NCBI GenBank assembly: GCA_048882325.1 | Contig: JBHLRS010000023.1 | Span: 1 to 35,168, forward strand | Origin: Candidatus Thorarchaeota archaeon | Lineage (GTDB): Archaea > Asgardarchaeota > Thorarchaeia > Thorarchaeales > Thorarchaeaceae | Length of the DNA: 35,168 nucleotides | Direction: 5' to 3' | Shown here: positions 28,094 to 35,168 of the stretch, one piece after another | How positions within the stretch are numbered: the stretch's first letter is position 1 | Layout of the letters: every line of letters begins with the position of its first letter | The notes under the pieces: model-generated | The model's input: only the letters and a program-made list of their open reading frames with translations | Told to the model about the DNA's origin: nothing | The model's database searches: none | Translations under genes and position numbers: made by a program

Positions 28094-28938
28094 GTGAACT
28101 CACTCCGTATCTTCTCCAACTCATCGATAACCTCAACGGGAACGGTGATACTTCCAAGTTCTGTATAGTGAATCGCACCGTGATAGTCACTTCCTCCTGT
28201 TTGTATGACTTCCAAACCTTTGATGACTTCACTCACCTCGTCAGGTGTACGATGTGTTCCCATGAACCTATAATCATAATCCACCTCAACGCCCAAAAGA
28301 CCTACGGTCATGAGGTCTTCAATTAACGTCCGAAGATCATGCGTTTTTATGGTGAGAGGATGAGCAAGGACCGGTATTGCTCGGATCGTTTTGAGGAGCC
28401 TGACCGCATCAAATGTTTGCATTCGTACCTTCTTCACAAAAGCTGGTCTGTCGAATGCAATGTACTTGTCAAATGCTTCCCTGGTTGACTTCACAACACC
28501 TTTCTTAACCAACAACAGCGCAACGTGAGGTCTACCCGGGCTCGAAACGCCTTCCAGCTCTTTATACAGCTCCTCAATCGACACATCAATCCCTAAATCA
28601 TTTAATTTCTGAATCATCTTGGGAAGCCGATCGTGTCTCCCTTTCCTCAAGTGTTCCAGTCTGTCATTCAGTTGCTTTGAGTCATGCGGGACGAAATATC
28701 CCAGTATGTGAGCCTCTGCGCTGTTGAATTCAGTGCTTATCTCTACTCCAGGTACCCGCCTAAGGTCATCCGACGCAGTCGCATCCATAAACTCTCGTAT
28801 CCCATCAAGTGAATCATGGTCTGTGAGGCCAATGCCTCCTAGCTGCATCTCGTCAGCCGCTCTTACCAATTCAGTGGGTGTGTCGCTTCCATCTGAAGCA
28901 GCTGAATGAGTGTGAAGGTCAGCACGGGCTCTCACCAT
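28090..28938 (-). CDS. PHP-domain phosphoesterase (TrpH/YciV-like)
   Basis: DLHTHS.ASDG, LTDHD, GVEIS, HILGY, GRPH, VLAHP, TGGSDYHG. Confidence 0.93.
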   Translation of the reverse strand: MVRARADLHTHSAASDGSDTPTELVRAADEMQLGGIGLTDHDSLDGIREFMDATASDDLRRVPGVEISTEFNSAEAHILGYFVPHDSKQLNDRLEHLRKGRHDRLPKMIQKLNDLGIDVSIEELYKELEGVSSPGRPHVALLLVKKGVVKSTREAFDKYIAFDRPAFVKKVRMQTFDAVRLLKTIRAIPVLAHPLTIKTHDLRTLIEDLMTVGLLGVEVDYDYRFMGTHRTPDEVSEVIKGLEVIQTGGSDYHGAIHYTELGSITVPVEVIDELEKIRSEFT

Positions 28939-29335
28939 GTGCAGCCTCCTGCCTCAACGTTTCTACAAGCTTTCGAACCTTGTGGCAAACCTTACGAATC
29001 TCTTCTCGACTCACGGTTTCTCCTGAGGGACAATCCTTGTCAATTATACATTTCCGCTTTCGCGCATCATAGATTATTGGATAATATTTACACCCTTCCG
29101 GTCGGTCCTCATAGATACGACAGAGTTTTGTTCCAGGATCATAGAAGAAACATTTCCCCTCAATGTTTCTGAGTTCGCAGAATCCTGCCATTACTCGGAC
29201 AGCGAAGTCCTTCCTGTCATAACCCAAGGACTCGATTCTCTCTACATCCTCTCGAGTCAAGGTCATTTCAGTTTCAGTGCAACACAGACGGACTTCATCA
29301 CAAGATCCATCATGGTTGCAGAGGAAGGGTGTCAA
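28919..29335 (-). CDS. YkgJ (UPF0153/CxxCxxCC) cysteine-cluster protein
   Basis: C...SC....CC.ETEM.LT.ED..RI, G.CFF, CRIYEDRPEGC..YP, DCP; AGGAG upstream of the TTG start. Confidence 0.88.
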   Translation of the reverse strand: MTPFLCNHDGSCDEVRLCCTETEMTLTREDVERIESLGYDRKDFAVRVMAGFCELRNIEGKCFFYDPGTKLCRIYEDRPEGCKYYPIIYDARKRKCIIDKDCPSGETVSREEIRKVCHKVRKLVETLRQEAAHGESPC

Positions 29336-29356
29336 GGTGTTGTATACTCCTAGCGC

Positions 29357-29432
29357 ATCGGTCAGATTGCGGTTTAGTGGTTCATCACGCTGATGAGGTC
29401 GTTCACCATCCCTACTTCATCATCATCCCGAC
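29357..29432 (-). ncRNA. Candidate box C/D guide sRNA
   Basis: Minus strand reads GTCGGg-ATGATGA ... GTGATGA-accactaaaccgcaat-CTGA-CCGAT: exact C, C' and D boxes plus a 5-bp terminal stem. GAAAG-ca-TATTTAG (BRE/TATA-like) lies about 25 nt upstream. Confidence 0.8.
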
Positions 29433-29481
29433 AATAATGAAATACTCCGCTCAAGGCTAAATATGCTTTCTAAAGATGATG

Positions 29482-30075
29482 TCATTTGAATTTCTTTAAT
29501 CGATATGCAAACAACCAGATGATGACCGCCAGCTCTGCAAAGATACCTGCCAAGAGTATCCCCTCACTGGTGAAGCTTGGATCTACTCGTTGAAATTCCA
29601 TATCCTGAATCATGAAGGTCCTGCTGAAGTTTTCGTTGAACAACTCATACAAGACAAAGAGACCTGTATCACTCTCATAGAACACATTTGATTCTTCAGT
29701 CACTTTGCATTCCCAACAGTCATGTCCAAGTATAGTTGTCATGCGCATGACTTCTGCATGAATGGGTCCACCGATTGCAACCATCTCATGAATGTCCCAA
29801 GAACTCACGTCAACTGCAAGAGGATAGTCATAGTAGTACTGGGTCTTCAATACTGTAATCAAATCATCCATAGATGATACATATGTCAACGTGTCTACTC
29901 TGTCTTCGTAGCTCCAGCCTGTTGCATTATTGAAGACCTCTTCACTGTAATACATCTCTACGGTCAAGTACCGGGTTGTGTCATTGTCCGGTCTATCCAT
30001 TAAGATGAAAGGAGTGGCAAGTGCAAACAGAAGGAAACCCACAATTACAACAATTAACGCCTTGTTCTGAATCAT
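29482..30075 (-). CDS. Exported, C-terminally anchored hypothetical protein
   Basis: N-terminal hydrophobic segment, acidic beta-rich core with N-x-T/S sequons, C-terminal TM followed by RLKKFK. Confidence 0.75.
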   Translation of the reverse strand: MIQNKALIVVIVGFLLFALATPFILMDRPDNDTTRYLTVEMYYSEEVFNNATGWSYEDRVDTLTYVSSMDDLITVLKTQYYYDYPLAVDVSSWDIHEMVAIGGPIHAEVMRMTTILGHDCWECKVTEESNVFYESDTGLFVLYELFNENFSRTFMIQDMEFQRVDPSFTSEGILLAGIFAELAVIIWLFAYRLKKFK

Positions 30076-30125
30076 CTAACCCCTGACAAAATCCTCTTGT
30101 GAGGCTATAAACTTGATGAGGAAAA

Positions 30126-30359
30126 CTAAAGGTTCCTTCTCGCTAAACGTCGAGAGGGTGATAGGTTCCCAGTCATATCGTCGACATTGATACCTTGAGG
30201 TATGTTTTGAACTGGCAATCTCTTTCCTGTGATGCGATAATATGCACTGGCACGAACTGCATGAACATATGCCATCAGATCAATGGGTTGTGCTGTAGCA
30301 CCTAGCAGTAGAGCTCGGCGTCTACCAAACACGTCTAAAAGTCTGTCAAGTATCTTCAT
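30126..30359 (-). CDS. Small basic hypothetical protein
   Basis: ORF fills the gap between genes; ATG at 30359 or 30410; no recognised motif. Confidence 0.45.
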   Translation of the reverse strand: MKILDRLLDVFGRRRALLLGATAQPIDLMAYVHAVRASAYYRITGKRLPVQNIPQGINVDDMTGNLSPSRRLARRNL

Positions 30360-30492
30360 CGCTTTTCGTTCCAACCAAAATCTCTCGTCATAGCAGAAAA
30401 GGATTGTCATCAGGTCATTTCACTCAGCCAAAGTGCTAAATACTCTCCAAAAACATCCCACAGCAGCTCCTCAATAGGTGTTGACACATCAC

Positions 30493-32313
30493 ATGCGTAT
30501 CGCAATTGTTGACAAATATCGATGCAGACCGAAAGACTGCACACATGAGTGTCAGAGGTTTTGTCCCAGAGTCAGAACGGGAGATGAAACCGTCATCTTT
30601 CCGGATGGTCCTGACAAACCACCCGTCATAGTGGAATCTCTATGCTCCGGTGAGGCTATTTGCGTCAAGAAGTGCCCGTACAACGTCATTCGAATTGTGA
30701 ATCTCCCTGAGGAGCTAGAGACCGACACCAGCCATCGATACAGTGTTAACGGATTCAAGTTGTTCAGGCTTCCCATACCTAAAGACGGTCAAGTGCTTGG
30801 TCTCATCGGACCAAACGGGGTCGGAAAGACAACTGCCATACGAATCCTGGCGGGTGAGATGTCTCCCAACCTGGGCCGATTTGAAGACCCTCCCGGGTGG
30901 GATGAGATTACTACTGCATATCGGGGGTCCGAGCTTCAACCCTTCTTTGAGAAGATTCAGGCTGGCTCATTGGTGCCAATCCTCAAACCGCAGAACATCA
31001 CCGACCTACCTAAGGTCAACGAGATTGCAGAAAAGCCAATCAGCGACCTTCTGGAGGCATCTGACTCCTCTGGTCGGTTAAAAGAGCTGAGGGATGACAT
31101 GAGCCTCAATGAGATCTGGGACCGACCAATCAAGTTCCTATCAGGAGGAGAGTTACAGCGAGTAGCAGTAACAGCCGCAATTGTACGTGAGGGTGACATC
31201 TATTTCTTTGACGAACCAACTGCTTACCTTGATGTCAGGGAACGCCTAAGAATGGCCCGTGCGATTCGGAAACTATCAGAGCTGGGTAAGACCGTTGTGG
31301 TAGTTGAACATGACCTATCAATCCTCGATTATGTGTCTGACCTGGTCTGTATGTTCTATGGGGACCCTGGCGTCTATGGTATTGTATCACACCCACACGG
31401 GACACGCGTAGGTGTGAATATATTCCTTGACGGATATATCCCTGATGAGAACATGCGGTTCAGGGACACTGCAATCTCATTCAAGGGAATGAGCGCTGAT
31501 GACGAGGAGTATCTCTCACGTGAAGCCATGGTAGAATATGGTGACATGAAGAAGAACTTTGAGGACTTCAGCCTTGAGGTAAAGGGAGGTCGTGTTTCGA
31601 AGGGTCAGATAGTCGGAATTCTGGGAGCAAATGGAATTGGGAAGACCACATTTGTCAGAATGCTTGCCGGCGAGCTAGAGCCTGATGAGGGTGAGGCTCC
31701 GACGAAAACAGTAACTGGTCTCGATCTCAAGATCAGCTACAAACCACAATACATTCCTGCGGACTTTGATGGCACCTTGAGAATGTACCTTAGGGAGGCT
31801 GGTGGGAGCACTGTGGACTCTGCAGACTTCAAGACCTCAGTAATCAAGAAGCTTGAACTCGAACATCTGATGGAGCATATGATACCCGAGCTGAGCGGTG
31901 GGGAACTCCAGAGAGCCGCGATTGCAGCATGTCTTGCACGCGAGGCAGATATCTATCTCTTTGACGAGCCATCTGCCTTTCTCGATATCGAACAGAGACT
32001 GGCCAGTTCACGAGCCATCCGTCGTCTGATTAGAAACAACATGAAGACCGCCTTCATTGTAGAGCACTCTATTCTGATGGCTGATTATCTCAGCGACAGT
32101 CTTGTGGTGTTTAAGGGAGTGCCGGGTAAGTCAGGTGTTGCCTCCTCAGTCAGAACACTCCGGAATGGAATGAATACATTTCTCAAGGAGATGGCCGTGA
32201 CCTTCAGACGAGACCCTCAGACTGGTCGACCCAGGGTGAACAAAGATGGATCCCAGTTGGACACTCAACAGAAAGCCTCTGGGGAATACTACTACGTTGG
32301 TAAAGGCAAGTAG
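30493..32313 (+). CDS. rli1: Ribosome recycling ATPase ABCE1/Rli1
   Basis: MRIAIVD..C.P..C...C...CP Fe-S domain, HRY..NGFKL.RLP.P, two NBDs (GPNGVGKT, GANGIGKT, LSGGELQR twice), TFRRDP.TGRPRVNK..SQLD..QK..GEYYY. Confidence 0.98.
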   Translation: MRIAIVDKYRCRPKDCTHECQRFCPRVRTGDETVIFPDGPDKPPVIVESLCSGEAICVKKCPYNVIRIVNLPEELETDTSHRYSVNGFKLFRLPIPKDGQVLGLIGPNGVGKTTAIRILAGEMSPNLGRFEDPPGWDEITTAYRGSELQPFFEKIQAGSLVPILKPQNITDLPKVNEIAEKPISDLLEASDSSGRLKELRDDMSLNEIWDRPIKFLSGGELQRVAVTAAIVREGDIYFFDEPTAYLDVRERLRMARAIRKLSELGKTVVVVEHDLSILDYVSDLVCMFYGDPGVYGIVSHPHGTRVGVNIFLDGYIPDENMRFRDTAISFKGMSADDEEYLSREAMVEYGDMKKNFEDFSLEVKGGRVSKGQIVGILGANGIGKTTFVRMLAGELEPDEGEAPTKTVTGLDLKISYKPQYIPADFDGTLRMYLREAGGSTVDSADFKTSVIKKLELEHLMEHMIPELSGGELQRAAIAACLAREADIYLFDEPSAFLDIEQRLASSRAIRRLIRNNMKTAFIVEHSILMADYLSDSLVVFKGVPGKSGVASSVRTLRNGMNTFLKEMAVTFRRDPQTGRPRVNKDGSQLDTQQKASGEYYYVGKGK

Positions 32314-32322
32314 ATGAGGGTC

Positions 32323-32372
32323 GAAAAAAGAAAACAGATAGGTCAAGTCTAGGAGATTCCTAGAACTCGACC
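32323..32372 (-). terminator. Hairpin plus U-tract terminator of the large surface-protein gene
   Basis: Minus strand GGTCGAG-t-TCTAGGA-atc-TCCTAGA-CTTGACC (about 14 bp) followed by tatctgTTTTCTTTTTT; lies between convergent genes. Confidence 0.75.
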
Positions 32373-32393
32373 TTCAATTTTGAGTCTATACTA

Positions 32394-34868
32394 TTACTTC
32401 TTCTTGATGACGATTATGACAATTACAATGATGACTAGACCACCACCAACAGCAATGACTATCAAAGTCTCCATTGGAAGTCCTGCACCTACACGAACAT
32501 CATTCCCGAGTGCAGAGAAGGTATACATCGCAGCGCCACTCCAAGTGCCCATGCTCCAACTCCCAGCAGTAAATGAAGAGAGTGACACATTGAAGTAACA
32601 AAGTATCGCTGGAATCTCAGCGTATGTACCTGCTTCTTCACCTGTGATCTCTGTGGTCACAGTCCAAGTATCTCCTGCATTCAAGGATGCTCTGTTCCAG
32701 TAGTACTGCTTATCGGCATCAAATCCTGCACTGATACCATCGAGAATCTTTAGATCATAAGCTGTTGCATCTCCAATGTTCTCGACAGTAAGTGTTACGG
32801 TTGCTGTACCACCCACAGCAATGTTTCGCGGAACTGACTTTGTGATCGTGAGGTGTGGTCCACTGAATGCGAGAGATGATATGTCTAGATCGAATGTCAG
32901 GACAATGTTCTCAGTGGTGAGCCAGAGTAGGTCTGGACCATATGGGTCCGGAGGAGTACCTGCTATTGGCACATCAAAGTTGATGAACATTCCATAGTCA
33001 TATTCGGTCGCTAAACTGGAGTACACGTCCGCCCAGAAGTATGGGACTGTCTCTTCCACTAAGTGGATTGGATCAATCATTGCATGCACTGCGGTTTTGA
33101 TTCCGGTTGTATCACCCACGAAGTCTGCCATAGCATCCCAGAGTCCTTGAAGGACAATGCCAAAGTGATCCTCGATGAGGGCCGCAAAAGCCTCCTTGGT
33201 TGCATATGATGACGGTAGACTAATGCCAGCGAAGTCCTCGAGTAGTGTTTCAATATTAGTGATGTATTCGTTGATGTAACCCTCTAGAACATAGGGATTC
33301 GAGTAAGTTGTGTTCACCAATATGTCGAGGAGATGATAGCTGTCCATCTTTCTGATGAATGCTTCAACAAGCGCTCGCATCGGGTCTTCTTCAAATATGG
33401 TTTCATTGAGGTCTTCTATCAAGCTGTCAGGATTGATACCCATGTCATTGAAAATCAATCTCGCGGCATCCATGTTAATCTCTTCTGCTGGAAATCCTGT
33501 GAAGGCCATTGACCAATCCATGTTGAGTAGCTCTTCACGACCATCTGGGAATGGCCCTGGTCCTCCCCAGAGACTATCAATGAATGAATCAAACATGAAC
33601 GGATTCAGTCCCTCAAGAATAGTGTAGTTCAGTTGATAGGCATAGATCTGAGGATATGCAACCATCATGGCTTGGATGATCTCTTCAACTGTTGAGTTAC
33701 CTGAAATCACCTGTCCAGTTGGGAGATACATATTCCCAGTTGCGTTGAAGAAGAAGTCCTTGCCTATATGGTCCCAGTCCTGTGAAATACCTTCAACCTC
33801 AAGAGATGATGGAGTGACTGCAACAACCGCAGATATGGAGTTTGCTGTCGAGTCTTGGAACATCTTGCTCTCGATATCACCCGTGTATCCCACATGCTGT
33901 TTGAGTGAGTAGGTTTCATCTCCTGCTCCATCACTAATGTGATTAGGAACATCAAAACCAACAGTACCAAGAACACCGGTATTGACAGTTTCAACATACT
34001 CTGGATGTGAGGCATGGGCACGCACTGGTGTTCGCATGACGGTGTTGATCATATACATTGGATTCATGTATCCGCTATAATATCCAGTTTCATCTGAAAC
34101 ATGGTCGAACATCAGAGTTTCAGTAAAGACAGACCTGTGCGTAGGCCAATTTGGTCCCTCTAAGAGGTCCATGAACCCACCAAGGTGACCGAGTCTACTC
34201 TTCATTGCTGCTATTGCTGAGTTGCCACCGCTGGTGTTAGGTATACTAACATACTGGATGTAGTAAAAATCACCTGGTTCATCAACGATGTAGGTCCCGT
34301 TGTAGTATAGGTAGACCCAACTTGTCATCCTGACACTCGTCAATCGCTCAAATTGAATTCCAAGATCTCCCTCAAAAAGAGTGACCATCTCTCCACCAAG
34401 GTCCTGTGCGTCCTCAAGTGTTGGTGACACCATATATGATGAGGCTGGATTTTGCGCAAAGACGATGATTGGAGTAACGACGAGTGTTAACATGACAACC
34501 GTGCCGCTTACACGACCAGTTGGATAGACAGACCTACCTGCAACTTCGAGTTGAGCTAGACTGACATAACCATTCTCGTTTTCTAGCTGGTTTTCTGCTA
34601 CAGCTTGGTATGGATTTACATAGCTGATTCCATAAAAGCTGGCATTCTGGAATGACCCTATCGCATTTCTAACACCACCATTAGGATCAATCTGTGTCAT
34701 GATTCCTTCTATCGCACCAATTCTGTTAAAGTCAGATTCTTGCGATGGAATGCTCTGACTCTCTGGTGCTCTCAAATCCACAGAGTGAGTGGTGGCATTT
34801 ATAGCTGCAAGAGGGAAAACTAGCATACTTACAAATATGCACACAATTAGAATTCTACTTTTTTTCAT
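32394..34868 (-). CDS. Large secreted, C-terminally anchored acidic surface (S-layer-like) glycoprotein with a C-terminal Ig-like (DUF11/CARDB-like) domain
   Basis: MKKSRILIV signal peptide, about 10 N-x-S/T sequons, LTITKS...GGTATVTLTVENIG...A.DL.I.D motif, C-terminal TM followed by KKK. Confidence 0.75.
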   Translation of the reverse strand: MKKSRILIVCIFVSMLVFPLAAINATTHSVDLRAPESQSIPSQESDFNRIGAIEGIMTQIDPNGGVRNAIGSFQNASFYGISYVNPYQAVAENQLENENGYVSLAQLEVAGRSVYPTGRVSGTVVMLTLVVTPIIVFAQNPASSYMVSPTLEDAQDLGGEMVTLFEGDLGIQFERLTSVRMTSWVYLYYNGTYIVDEPGDFYYIQYVSIPNTSGGNSAIAAMKSRLGHLGGFMDLLEGPNWPTHRSVFTETLMFDHVSDETGYYSGYMNPMYMINTVMRTPVRAHASHPEYVETVNTGVLGTVGFDVPNHISDGAGDETYSLKQHVGYTGDIESKMFQDSTANSISAVVAVTPSSLEVEGISQDWDHIGKDFFFNATGNMYLPTGQVISGNSTVEEIIQAMMVAYPQIYAYQLNYTILEGLNPFMFDSFIDSLWGGPGPFPDGREELLNMDWSMAFTGFPAEEINMDAARLIFNDMGINPDSLIEDLNETIFEEDPMRALVEAFIRKMDSYHLLDILVNTTYSNPYVLEGYINEYITNIETLLEDFAGISLPSSYATKEAFAALIEDHFGIVLQGLWDAMADFVGDTTGIKTAVHAMIDPIHLVEETVPYFWADVYSSLATEYDYGMFINFDVPIAGTPPDPYGPDLLWLTTENIVLTFDLDISSLAFSGPHLTITKSVPRNIAVGGTATVTLTVENIGDATAYDLKILDGISAGFDADKQYYWNRASLNAGDTWTVTTEITGEEAGTYAEIPAILCYFNVSLSSFTAGSWSMGTWSGAAMYTFSALGNDVRVGAGLPMETLIVIAVGGGLVIIVIVIIVIKKK

Positions 34869-34883
34869 TTGTAGCCCTCTATC

Positions 34884-34942
34884 ATGCATCTACTCTATAG
34901 ATGCATATACTCTCTTTGGGAGGTTTTACTGATAAAAGGTTA
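34884..34942 (-). promoter_or_regulatory. Putative TATA box and 9-bp inverted repeat upstream of the surface-protein gene
   Basis: Minus strand AACCTTTTATC at about 34931-34941; perfect IR ATGCATCTA-N5-TAGATGCAT at 34884-34906. Confidence 0.55.
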
Positions 34943-34977
34943 GTGGGAAAATTGACAAGAATTTTAACCGAAGCCGC

Positions 34978-35042
34978 CAGAACTCTCGATATCTGAACCA
35001 ATCCGATGAGTTCGACTGATTGGGGGTCTGTTTGTGACAATG
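34978..35042 (+). ncRNA. Possible K-loop hairpin / H/ACA-like sRNA
   Basis: CCAA-tcc-GATGA-gttcga-CTGA-TTGG has K-turn geometry; ACA at 35037-35039; TTTTAA at 34962-34967 upstream. Confidence 0.3.
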
Positions 35043-35168
35043 GGCTACGTTGGTCTTGGTGTCAAATTTGCATTCAGACGAAGACGTGTGGCCATATTCA
35101 CAATCATTTCCATTGCTATTTCAGTAAGTTTACTTCTCTCCTCCTTCTCAATAGGCTCATCGCTTCAG

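Noticed and set aside
29390-29445. Hammerhead-like CTGATGAG on the + strand
   Set aside because: No GAAA directly after a stem II and no stems I/III; better explained as the antisense of the C/D element.
30643-30663. Selenocysteine at the missing ABCE1 Cys
   Set aside because: The codon is GAG in frame and the nearby TGA is out of frame. No in-frame TGA read-through candidate was seen elsewhere.
35045-35168. 3' end of a minus-strand CDS at the window edge
   Set aside because: The most protein-like frame (SDEPIEKEER...PRPT) starts with a TGA at the edge and the alternative frame is only 16 codons; it cannot be resolved here.
1-35168. CRISPR array, tRNA, rRNA, integrase or defence island
   Set aside because: No periodic repeats, cloverleaf/T-loop signatures or recombinase motifs were found by eye; Toprim and Mut7-C occur in housekeeping context.

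Overview
A gene-dense archaeal chromosome segment with about 34 CDS. Archaeal markers are the primase large subunit PriL, ABCE1/Rli1, DUF763, (A)GGTGA Shine-Dalgarno motifs and TTTAT-type TATA boxes. The many N-terminal-signal/C-terminal-anchor orphan proteins suggest an Asgard archaeon, probably Thorarchaeia; this assignment is inference. Housekeeping content includes PriL, an OGG1-like glycosylase, ABCE1, MobB, a Toprim protein, methyltransferases and hydrolases. There is also a four-gene MacB/FtsX-type ABC operon, a YkgJ-PHP-amidohydrolase-Mut7-C operon, two paralogous membrane proteins built from catalytically dead M48/HtpX-like repeats, and a large S-layer-like protein. The most notable signal lies outside the ORF track: three intergenic spacers (about 1537-1603 +, 16244-16310 +, 29357-29432 -) carry box C/D guide (sno-like) sRNA architecture, and a fourth (about 34978-35042 +) has a K-loop hairpin followed by ACA. 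ABCE1 has a Cys-to-Glu change in its Fe-S ligand motif. No tRNA, rRNA, CRISPR array or transposase was seen. All calls come from reading motifs by eye; no database searches were run.
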